Below, piece by piece: positions 1 to 11,873 of a DNA stretch of 64,000 nt; within the stretch, counting starts at the first letter, position 1, and every line of letters begins with the position of its first letter. The notes beneath the pieces are model-generated. The model did not search any database. It worked only from the letters and a program-made list of their open reading frames with translations, and was not told the origin of the DNA. Source of the stretch: Tubiluchus corallicola (lineage: Eukaryota; Animalia; Priapulida); contig JAQGDQ010000379.1 in the NCBI GenBank assembly GCA_030141605.1, forward strand, positions 161,673 through 225,672, written 5' to 3'. The position numbers were made by a program, and so were the translations under genes.

Positions 1-1729
1 AACATTACCTGTCTTTCAATTTTGGTATCAAAATTTAATTAATTGAGGATTATGCCATTGTTAATATTAACTTTGACATTAAGATTATAATAATAATAAT
101 AATTCATTATCAGCATAATGTAAAGAATTTTTTAAACATATTTGACACTATTCATAAACATAATATTTTCCTTCAGAAATATTAAAAACTTATAATATGA
201 AAACTGAACTGAATTGACATTAAAATTGTAAAGCAATAACCATATTCTAGTTTCAATATTTATTTAATTCACTTATATTTGTATTTTATCCACTTTAACT
301 GCTCGTAATTGCTCCCGTATTTCAACAGTTTTAAGAAGATCGTCACAAGCACCTTAAGCTAAAGGTCAGCAAAAGTTTCTCAGTGAACAAACCAAGAAAG
401 AAAGGAAGTCCAGTAAGACATTTTGTGACACCAGAATCCATGACAATTTCCAACTTTCAATTTTCTATTTCAACAATTTCATTTTCATAGTCTGAGTAAG
501 TGGCGCCAGCTAGTGCAATATTTACTACTAATATTAATGCTCTAACTTTGTTTCGGGAGGGGGAAATGAAGCCATAGCGTGCTGGAAAATTGAAACGTGC
601 TGCCATCTACAGCTAAAGCGACGAATATACAAGCAACTCACTCTGAAATGTGTAAAGAAAGCCAAATTACATTGCTTAAAATAAAACAAAGGTATTGTTA
701 AGGTCATGCTCATTGACAAGTGCTAATCAATTGCAATTACTAATCAATAATGAGGCACTTTCTAAACCTATTATCTGAGAACACAAGGTGTATCTTGGAC
801 AGGAGTATGACCATTTTGCGACTAATTAAAAACTAAGGTATTTAGTAGTAAAAGACAAAAAAATCTTCTGATCTATATCAATAATCAGTTTTAATTATTG
901 GTTAAAAATTCATTTTGAAACAAAGTTGAATCAATAAATATGGCTCGTTTTATATTATTGGCAATGAATGATTGTACACAGACACAAAGCTCAATAAAAA
1001 GCCAACTGTTAATAATGTTACTATATGAAATTTGCCTGATATAAGCGTGTCTGCTTACATAAATGCATTAAATTCACTTAGTAATACAAGTATAGCTGTT
1101 AAAGTCAATTAAATTTTGCTACCTAACTTAAGCTTAAACAATGTGTTTGAACACATTAAATATATAAAAAAATCTACCTAGATTTGAAAAATTATAAGAT
1201 TACATTAGATTAGATTGGATTAGATTTTATTCGTCTCATTTAAAGTTACACATATAATAATATACAATGTTTTTAAGATGATGAGATGATTATTTATTTA
1301 TTTAGTTAATCGAGTGACACCATTAGCAGCTTGATGCAAGACAAGTTTAATAAATATATACATTATTAATTTAAAATAAATTAAAACTGTGTTAATCAAA
1401 ATTTAAAATTGTGTTAGTAACTAAAGATATATACGTATTTGCTAAATCATCTGTCGCACCTGTCGCAGTGGCCATAATCACAGCAGCTACCGACACAGCA
1501 TCCGGATATCTGCATACTATGCGCCCTAATATTTATAGCTACTTTGGACCTGGAGACTGCAGTTACAGTTACAGTTGAAAGAAGTAGATTCGAGGAAGAG
1601 AGAAGACAAATATTTCAAAACAGATAATACATCATTTTGTATACAAACCGAGAATACATCTCGGTTTATTATCATTTATTAGACACTGGAAAGCCCTTGA
1701 TTTTGCAAAAAGCAGCTTAAATTTACAGT

Positions 1730-2125
1730 GTATAACTAAATAACCAATATTGCTAAATAGCTTGATCTCCCGATTGAATCCAAATGCTATCTTTTGTGTC
1801 TAAGCAGTTATTGAATTCAAGTTATCAACGTGTCTGAACATTCTACATCAAAAATGCCTAGTGCTCAACTGTTCTATGGGTCTAAAACTCCTAGTGTAAA
1901 CAGCCTACACTATGTGTCTACAAATGTCCTTGTGTCGCAATGTACTGGTGTGGAAATGTCCTTGTGTCGAAATGTCCCATGTGCCGAAATGTCCCATGCG
2001 TCCAAATGTCTTGTGTCCAAATGTCCTAGTGTCCAAATGTCCTAGTGTCCAAATGTCCTAGTGTCCAAATGTCCTAGTGTCAAAATGTCCTGTGTGTCGA
2101 AATGTCCTTGTGTCGAAATGTCACA
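1730..2125 (+). mobile_element. Fragment of a non-autonomous foldback-like element with an internal ~16-bp minisatellite (TGTCCAAATGTCCTAG)
   Basis: Tandem 16-bp units at ~1910-2125; the unique lead-in at 1730-1830 aligns by eye with 21078-21190 (tgctaaat..gatctccc..ttgaatcca). Confidence 0.65.
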
Positions 2126-4414
2126 TCAGTTATAGAATCTGGATGTGATTCAGTCACGTGGACTAAATGACACATATGAACTAATCACATATTAGGTTTT
2201 AAAGTCTAAAACAGAGGCTGACACCGCTATTCGAATCGAATAAAATCCATAGTGAAACTAATTAGCATTAATATTTCAGCATAAATAACCGAGATCATTG
2301 TCAAAAAAATTAGGCACCTCGGAGTGCATAAAAACACCATACCTGTAGCACAATTTTATCCTTGTGACTACTAATATTACAAAACTGACTAACCATACGT
2401 TTATGTGTGAACTGAACATTCCATGAGATCTACAGAATTTTTTAGCCATACACTTATAATGTAGACACTGAAATTGTATGTGAGCAAAAGTGATGTTTTA
2501 AGTGAGTTTCAGAAGTTTTATTGAGATAAATATTAAGCAATGCCTTCAAACTGTCTTTAAGCCAATTATTCATTATTTTGGTCTTCACATCCCTTATCCA
2601 CTCTTCTATCATGTACAAAAAAACAAAATGATTTCCCATTTACATACATTTTTCGATATCTAAAAGAAGCCCAATTTGATGGGATGGGACTGATTTTCCA
2701 TTCTGCAAATCAATTCTGCTCATTTTATTACACTATGTCATTACACTATCTCAGTGCCATCTAATGACAAAATTGGAAACCAAAATTGGCCAGTTATACT
2801 TGAGACATAGCGCAGATTATGCAACTAGAAATATAAGAAACTGGGCATATTCTAATTGAGATTCTAATGGATTTTCAACAGAAAAGAAATGCGAGCGTGC
2901 AAATCTACCATTTTCAAAAAAATCTGCCATTTTCGAGCACCAAATCGATACGGAATTACAAAGTGAACTCTCGTTTCCCTACAAAATTATTTGCTATGTT
3001 CCTAGGACTTTCCAACTTATCTAGTAAAATGCACTAAGCAACCGCAGTTTCTTTGAGGAGAGTCAATATTTGAGCAAGCGAAGCCAAGCAGTAGTTGAAA
3101 GCACTTCAACCTATAATTTCAGAAATGAATATACATGACGAATTATATCGACTTATCAGCCTAGAGTAATCAATTCATGATCATCATAGAAAACTCTACG
3201 GCACAGAGAAGCTTTTGAGGATCAGTACAGCAGAGAAAATGCATTCTGAGTGAGTGGTCTGTCAATCTTTGATTATTTCAATAGCTAGTCCCTTAAAAAT
3301 GCTGTAGGAGCGACATTATCTGTCATTAATAACTCAGTTTAGTTGAATTTAGGCTGCCTAAAGTCAAGTTTAAGTTGAATTTAAGTTAAAAGTGAAAAGA
3401 TTTAACAGTACTGCTTTTGTTAACTGTAATAAACAAAAACTAGTAAGAAAAATACAACTTTCACGGGTGGTGGAGATGTCACTAAAAAAACTCTGTGTGC
3501 AGCTTTTCCTACAACAGCATAAAACGCTTTAATGATGTGACTATAATAATTCAGCTATCTCTCCAAAAGTAAAAAGACATGACAATTAATAATGAGAAGC
3601 GAAAATCAATCATATTCGTGTCAGTGCTAGGGAGAAAAGCTTATTAATACAGCAATCATATCAAATAAAACGAGATGCGTCATTTGCCCATGTGCAAGAA
3701 ATTATTAATTAAGAAATAAACTCACAATTGTTGAATTTTGAAACAAAACGTACTAACAATAGGAAATGTGAAAAGGTAGGAATCAAGAAACAACTTAAGA
3801 TTTGAATCAGGGGCCTGCCATTAGGACCTGTCATGTTTACGGACACAGGAAACACGGAAATCTAGCGACCACGATGTTCGTTTTGTAAGCTAGAGGTCCT
3901 TAGTCAAATCTACACTGCATCTGGACTTTTTCGTATTTCCTGGGGCTTTTGAGCAAATTTTTAGTAACTAGGACTTATCCCACCAGTTTCAAAGTTTATT
4001 TAAAAATGCAGTAGAAGTGAAAGCTCACAAACTTCTTTTAATGATGGAAATTTAATTACTGGTTAATGGTAACTGCACATTTGCACTCTACATTTGACTG
4101 TCTACAGTCTACGGGGATAATGTAGTTGCCCGGCAAATTAAATATGAAGAGTACTTATGTACACAAACCAATTTATGAACAGCACAGAAAACCTCAAATA
4201 GAAAAATGAGATACATGTAGCGCCGTAAAATTAATAGAGAGGTAGGCTTGACACATAAACGTAATAGCAAGTAGACAAAATTTTTCTGGCATAAAAATGG
4301 TTTGAAAAAAGCTGCTCAACATGAAATTTAACGAAGCTGCCACACATTTTTAAATTTAAATTAACCTGCTTCAGCTTTGATTGCAAAACGTTTCACTCCA
4401 GTCAAACTACTTAC

Positions 4415-6902
4415 CTTGCAGCTATACCATCTGGCTGAATCTGCTGAACGAATATTCCCAGTTCACCTCTGTTCTCTGATTTCAGACCCACAACACCAAA
4501 GCCTAAACTTGCACTGTCGGGCTTGTGCAATTGTATTTTGAGGATTTCACGACCATGTGCAGCTGCCTTGATGGCTCTCTGAAATTCTGCACCGTGAAGT
4601 TGAACAGCGACTGCAGGTGTGTGATGCTAAAGAAGTACACAAATTAACATGTTACAATACTGTGCATAATTATTGTTTAATTGTCCTTGGAACAACTCGG
4701 AACTAATTACTTAGAACTAGATGCAGCCTTTATTAAGTAACGATCAATACATAATTTTGTATTAAAAGGGTTATACACAAATATAATGCATATGTGATAA
4801 TATGGTAATACTAACATATATGCATTATACAAACAGAATGTTGGTGAAGGCAAGTCTAGTAGTTGATCTATGGTCAATAAGTCTAGAAAGGTCAGAAAAT
4901 TATATCAGGACTCTGGCATGATTGCAAAATGATGCCATAAAAACTTGTCAATCGAGTATTTACTTAATTTTTTAATATCATAATATGTATAAATTTTAGG
5001 GTTTGTATGCATAGAACTTGATATTGACTTCTAATCCTTGCCTAAATGGCAGAAATTTTAAATTTTACATTTACATTTTCTTCATTAAAACGAATCTTGC
5101 TCAATCTTTTTAATCGCACTGGAAGTTTACGTCTACATGATTTGCAGATGCATATTTCAAACTCAGAATAAACTTTAAAGCTAGACAGTGGACAAAAAAA
5201 TCATAAAAATTTAGTTAAAATAGAGTAAGACACACTGAAATTTCCATAATATGTTTCAAGATCTATTGCTGTCACCATCAATGGTAGTTAGATCATAGCT
5301 GTCATCATTGGTGGTAGTTAGATCATCGCTGTCATCATTGGTGGTAGTTAGATCATTGCTGTCATCATCTGTAAGAGTTAGATCATCGCTGTCATCATCG
5401 GTGGTAGTTAGATCATTGCTGTCATCATCTGTAGTAGTTAGATCATTGCTGTCATCATCAGTGGTAGTTAAATCATTGCTGTCATCATCGGTGGTAGTTA
5501 GATGATTGCTGTCATCATCAGCGGTAGTTTGATCGTACCACTGATGATGACAGAGATAGATTTTGAAACGTATTTGGAAATTTTAGTGTGTCTTGCTGTA
5601 TTTTAAATCATTTCTTTGATTTTTATACTCTGTTTAGTTTTATTCTCAAACTAAATGCTTATCAGTAAATAAAAGAACATAAAGGCATCTACTTGTTGTA
5701 AGCGCTCTTGGAAAGCTTGTAAGTGTGGCACGGCATGCTCGGGAGAAGCTGACTTGCGAGTGAGAGATCCCTCCAAGCCATAACCATCATCAGAGGACGG
5801 AGTAGCTGAGGCAATGGTTGGGGACAGTACTAGCTCACCCATAGGAGATATGTCAAAATCTTCAGCATTTAGGTTAGGTGTCACTTTCACCTGTTTTTTC
5901 AACTCTTGAACAGATTCCTATACACAGAAATATAAGCAGGTGAGTTAAGTGAAATTTTTATTATATTCACTGTCCTGTAATTAAGAACTGAAAAAACACT
6001 AAAAATTAAATTTGCATCATTACATTCAGCAACATGTAATGACTGGGTAACAAAAACATTAGGTTAAAAATCAAAACTGCTGCAAACGACATATTAAATA
6101 GCGACTCAAGATACCCTCACTTGGGTACAAACAAATAGGCAATATAACATTAAACTAATTTTAAAAAAATTATAAGATGTACAACTGAATAACCCAATTC
6201 TCAATAAAAAATAAAGCTTATTTCTAATGTTACTATATACATCATGTGACACAAGAGTGTATTTTATCATAAAATGCTTCACTTCACTAGGCTTCACACA
6301 CAACACTTAGTGACTATATAAAGAACAGGTTTTAATAATAACTAAAATTGGTGTTTCACATTATGACATAAATGCATACTTAAAACTGAAAGAAAATCTT
6401 TTGATTATTTCTTTAACACATCTTTTCTTATAATTTATTTATGTGAATTTGTTATTTTCCCCACATTTTTGGTAAACACGTCAGATTACTAATGGAATTT
6501 TTCGTTATTTTAGGGTGAAAGCCTATGCCCTTCTGCTGCAAATAGGCAAAATGTAATGTTCAGAGTAGTGATTATAGATAGTCACAAACTACAAGTAATT
6601 GTATAATTGTTTATAATTGGTCGTACACTCTTTTTGAAAAGAAACATTTATGATGATGGGTAATTTAAGTTATCACTCTTCTACCAAATTTTTAGTTTTT
6701 AACTAAAATACCAATTTATAAAAAAGGATGTCCTTTAGACTAGCTCACATTTTTACTATAGAAGACAAATATGAATTATAGCTATTATTATTATTGTTAT
6801 TATTATTGTTGCTGTTGATGTTGTTGTTGTTGCTGCTGCTGCTGCTGCTGCTGTTGTTGTTGCTGTTGTTGTTACTATTACTGCTATTACTACTACTGCC
6901 AC

Positions 6903-6991
<89 letters not shown>

Positions 6992-9900
6992 GAAATTCTG
7001 ACTACTGATTATTAAACAGAGCAAGGCTAGAAATTCTGAATTCAACTGCATAATAAATTACTATAGCAAATTACCTGCAAAGTGACTATTTGGCGGAATA
7101 TAGGACTTTCCAGTACTGATATGAGCATATTAAGATCTTCGTCTAGCATAGGATCACCCGTTTCCTTTAGTTTGGCCTGGATGTTCTCCAGAAGCTGGAG
7201 CGCCCGGCGAGTATCTAGAAAATTAACGCAAATTTAATACCTGACCTCTCAGCAACAGTGACAGTTACTGAAAAATCCCCCTACAAGAAAAATGCAGTAT
7301 TTCAAATTATCTAGTATAGTGGGGGTTGTATATTTGTTCTGTTAATGTTTTATAGCTGTAAATGTAATTGCATTGTGTATTATGCATGAAAAGAATGCTT
7401 ATCTATTGTAAAACTGCCTGCTCAAACTAATCAATTATGTTTAAGTTAAATAAAATAAAGCACGTTTACCAATGTCCACTGCTTTACTAAACTGAGAGTG
7501 CACAAATACGTGAAAAATACATGGTGTAGCTACAAATTATTTTGTTTAAATATTTTTATACATGATTGAATTACAATTATCCCAAAGCTAAAAACAAAAA
7601 TGCGAACTATTGTTCTAGGAGTATTATTTTAGGGTCTATTATTAGGACAGTAGCGTGAATGTTCATTAGTTTATAATTTAACGTATATTTCTACCTAGTT
7701 TGTGAAAGTGCTCTGACGATGATGCAAGTCTGCATCGAAACGTAAGCAATAAAGAGGTGCCACGTTGTTATTAACAATAGCTGTTCTTTTGATTGCATTA
7801 CTGAGAGTCAGGTTCCCCGGAAACAAATCAGTTATGTTAGTCCCACAGCCGTAAGCTAAGTGAAAAGCTTCAGTTAGCCATTTAATTTAGAACTTTCTTC
7901 CAGGTAACATGTAAAACAGTCTATATTAACGCTAAACTTGTCACACCTATTCTGGAGTGTGGTTAGCTCTAGTGACAGTGGTCTCTAGCTGGTATTGACT
8001 ATAATTGACATGTACAGTGCAAATGTTAGCAACTGACAAGCTAAATCAATTAATTCACCGCAATTCAACCCCATCAACATCACGCAGTTTTTTTAAAGAC
8101 ACGTCAGTCTCAGTAAAAATTTACATTAATTATGTCCGTTGCTTGCTACATTATGAAATCAATAATGATTAGTGTTTATTTTATTAACGATGGCACGTCG
8201 GCAAAGTATTATACAAGACACCGTTCAATAGAAAAACGCAATGTACCAGGCCTATTACACAGCGCAGCTTCGTCGTCAGAATGCAAACAGACCAGGAGTT
8301 GGTAAGCCCTAACCAATTACTATAACACAGTACAGCGTAGGATCTTGGACAGTTAATAGCTAATTATTTGTATTAGAAAGTTCAATATTCTGACAGTGAT
8401 CGGCGCAGGAAACAGATCAGTGACCGAGTAAATCACATTGCTGACTTGCTAGAGCCTCACATCACGCGTCTCCGCCATTATTATTTACACAATGTCAACG
8501 AATAAACAGACGAGCAATCAACCAATTTTAACAAACTAATAGATCAGTAGGAGATTAGAGAATTCATGCAACATTACAGCTGATAATTCAGTATACTTGA
8601 TTTTATTAGCACTTTCTTTACCAGGGGGCGTCTGGATGGAAAAGTTTAGCGAGATATCGCGCAATATCGGGAAGCTAGAAGCCAAAGCCAGTGGCGAGCA
8701 AGCGTCCATCGTCAGTCCACTATTTCTGTTGTTTCAATAGACTGAATAGTCTTTTAACAAATTTCAAAACGTTTGGGTTGCGCAGGTTCTGGAAGATCTG
8801 AAGACACTGGGGATTGTAAATTTGAAGCTACCATAAACAATGACTGAATGCAAATAAATTTAGCACAATAAATTTACAAATTATCCAATACATAGTTTTT
8901 CTATTGGTGTGTACATTTGTGAGTGAAATTCTGATGACTGGGGGACCTGCGTGGTGCAGTTGTGTGGGGTGTGGAGAAAGTGTGTGACCCTAATGAGTCT
9001 GTGCTGTTTGCAAGGCATTTATAGGTTTAACCTGAAACCAGATTTGTTAAACATAAGCAGTTAAACTGTCATTAATTCTTTTGTTTTACACGTGCTACAT
9101 AAACGTCAATTGAGTCCTTTTTCCTTTGCCACAAATGGACTAGCAAACAACAACAACACAACATAATAATAATATATTTTTGCCTTCAGAATAACAATCA
9201 TAGATAGTATATAACAATGAGTTACAAAGTTTAGATAAGGACGGGATGGCGAAAGACCAAACGGTCATCTACTCTGCCAACGCTAATATACTATAACTAT
9301 ATAGCAAACAAAAAACCACAATCTCGGGAGGAGGACTGATATGATAACTGATGTTTTTCGCTACCCCTTCTCATTTGTTTGGTTACTTAATTTATACAAA
9401 TCTCCTAGGTATTTTTTGATCAGGATAGAAAATAAATAATAAATCATTTGATTTCATTTTAGATTTCAAAAGTTGCAAAAACGAAACAAATATTGACGTG
9501 TTTTCTTTTTATTTCCCTTTTCAGTATAAAGTCTCTGAGACATTATGTATAACGATTTCTATTAAGATTAAAAGTTTCTATACATCATTTTGTATAAAGT
9601 AATCATTATGGACACTTTCAAGAGAAGTCTTCTTTCAGATAAAAAAACTTTTAGGCCTTGTAAGTTGCAAGACTTTCGCAACTGTTACCTTATTTATTTA
9701 GTTATATAGCATTAAACTATTTTGGGTGACAAGACTGTATCGACCTTTAAGGTCAAAGTCAAAGAAATGGGTCTTTTCTGCACTAGCATTATCCATGTTG
9801 AGCCATGTGACAATGCACAAGTTTGATAGGCAAGGCCATAGCGAGCATTGAAATGTAACTCAAGATGTTTAGTTAAATCAAGGTCAACATGTCAACAATG

Positions 9901-11873
9901 AAGTCAACAATAGAAACCTATCCACACCTGCTACTATCCTATGGCAAATTTCATTCAGCTTGATCTCAGTGGCACATATGCCTGTTGCACACTTTTTAAG
10001 ACCATAAAGATATACAATATCAAACAAAAGGGAAAAAAGTGACACAGCAAACCTAGCTGCATGTGTCAAGTTTGATTGTTTGGCTTTAGTGACCTGCAAA
10101 ATATAAATTCCCACTGACATCCAAGGCAAGGTCAAGTATGTCGTGATGACATTTTTCTCTATTAGTTCTACCAACACGTCAAGTTTGATTAGTTGTAATA
10201 ATCAAACATTTATTGATTGGAACAAAATCTTCACTTATAAATCAACCTCCTCCAGTGCTCCAAGATTATGTGTAAAATGTAATTTACACACAACACAAAT
10301 TAAAGGAAATGGGAAAGCAATCAATAACTATCATCTGATCGATCGTCCGTGTTCCAGAAATTCCCGGCTGATGACCAATACTGCACACTTGTCAAAAGCT
10401 TCATCAGCACTGGGGATATTATAACACGACAATAAAACACTAACTACACTTACCACTGTCATACTTACCTAATGCACTGCAAAATAAATGTGCCACATAC
10501 CACTTTTTCACCTGTAACTATTACAGGTGAGCATCGTTCGAACATTCCAATCGAATTCGATTTGAACAGGTTTTTTAGTTAGAATTCAATTCGAACATAA
10601 AATTCTAGATTCGAATAATAATTCAACACTTAAACTACATGCGTTTTTTATCATTAAAATGTTCAAAACAGCATACAATTAGCACAATTTAGCTGCAATT
10701 TCTGGTGCAAAACTTTTAAGCAAATTATTGGTGGTTTTACTGCAAAATAAAATCAAGAAATATGCATGATCTGTGTGAGATGCCTTTTTATTAATGACCC
10801 AAAAATCTTTATAACTGAAGTCAAATTTTATTCAATTTAAATTCGCTTTCTGGTAGGAAGTGCTCACCCCTAGTAGCTATAGAAATTTTACACCTTAATG
10901 TCTACAGTCTCACACTTACCCAAAACATCATAACAGTAACCACCACAAAAATAAATGTAAGTACAATTTATAGCAGCATCAGAGGCCATAAAGGCTATCA
11001 TATTCAAGTTGACCAAACAAGGCTAGTAGGCACTCATTGTAACTGGCCACACACAAAAGGAAGGAGGAAATATAAGTACAGAGTTCCAGAGACCCAATTA
11101 AATCTGTATAGGCCAGCATTTTTTTCCTTAAAAAATACCCATGTACGGTTATTGAGAATGTGTGAGTAATGATTCAATAAACATAGTTATAAAATTTATT
11201 TCGAACAATTTGACTGTCTTAGCAGCCATTCTTAGCTATATAAAACATGTAGCTATGTTTTTGTTTTAGAATAAATTAATGAGTTGTTAGAACAGCTGAA
11301 ACTTCTAACATAAATTTTATAACTATATTTACTGCACAGTAAATGCTATCACTGCCGAGTTACCCTTAATTTCGTATAAGAGTATCAACTAAAATATCTG
11401 AAAGAATTAAATAAATATGGTCTAATTCTAGATCAGGGTCAAACTCAGGATCTTCTAACACACATCTTGCAGATGGCTTACGAGCTTTTTTTGTATACCG
11501 ATCAATGGCATGTTCTTGCATCATCTTAGCCTACATTTTGTTAGGATTTGGGTGGTGCTGAAATCAGTGAATTTTTCCAGCTCGTTCAGTCAAAGTCAAT
11601 CACAATCGAAAAAGTCTATCACAGAGTTCAGAGTTTTCGAGTTGCTGCTTGATCATAGCAATCAATAAATTACAAGCTACATGACTGTTTCCCACACTAA
11701 ATTTCAAGGGCTTGATAGATTCTTTATAATATTTCAGCAATACTTCGATGTTGTTAACTGTTCTGTACTGTTACTCGTTGTACCTCAGTTTTTCTACCCT
11801 TCCAGTAAAAGTTTATGTACCACCCTGTAAGTACTCTAATTATTGTAGATCACTTACCCTCACTCACAGGCAT
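4415..11873 (-). CDS. MPDZ: MPDZ/PATJ-family multi-PDZ polarity scaffold, 5' part (L27 domain and first half of PDZ1); partial, next exon not found in window
   Basis: Minus-strand exons 11858-11873 (MPVSE), 7075-7214 (DTRRALQLLENIQAKLKETGDPMLDEDLNMLISVLESPIFRQIVTLQ, L27), 5693-5917 (ESVQELKKQV...EDFDISPMGELVLS), 4415-4626 (EFQRAIKAAAHGREILKIQLHKPDSASLGFGVVGLKSENRGELGIFVQQIQPDGIAAR). All flanked by GT/AG with compatible phases; the PDZ1 string closely matches recalled human MPDZ GLGFSVVGLRSENRGELGIFVQEIQ. Confidence 0.9.
5163..5647. mobile_element. Palindromic MITE-like element (~130-bp imperfect inverted arms) with an internal 30-bp tandem array
   Basis: Left arm ...aagacacactgaaatttccataatatgtttcaagatctat is the reverse complement of right arm atagattttgaaacgtatttggaaattttagtgtgtctt; about 9 copies of gatcattgctgtcatcatcggtggtagtta at ~5260-5530. 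Confidence 0.7.
6783..6991. repeat. Compound trinucleotide microsatellite (TTG/CTG/CTA/TTA)n
   Basis: Directly visible; explains the poly-Leu ORF. Confidence 0.95.
7709..7748 (+). ncRNA. Minimal type I hammerhead ribozyme motif, Penelope-like-element style
   Basis: tgct-CTGACGA-t-gatgca-agtc-tgcatc-GAAA-cg-TA-agca: stem I tgct/agca, 6-bp stem II, palindromic ACGT stem III, followed immediately by AATAAA. Confidence 0.6.
10522..10872. mobile_element. hAT-type MITE
   Basis: TIRs TACAGGTGAGCA / TGCTCACCCCTA; 8-bp TSD gtaactat (10514-10521) / gtagctat (10873-10880), one mismatch; inverted second copy at 21521-21835. Confidence 0.75.

Noticed and set aside
5308-5505. ORF of SSSVVVR repeats
   Set aside because: Translation of the 30-bp tandem array.
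6794-7015. Poly-Leu ORF
   Set aside because: Trinucleotide microsatellite in an intron.
10447-10485. Micro-exon-like acceptor with two GTAAGT donors on the minus strand in an MPDZ intron
   Set aside because: Lengths of 8 or 23 nt break the frame between the 11858 and 7214 exons; no other support.
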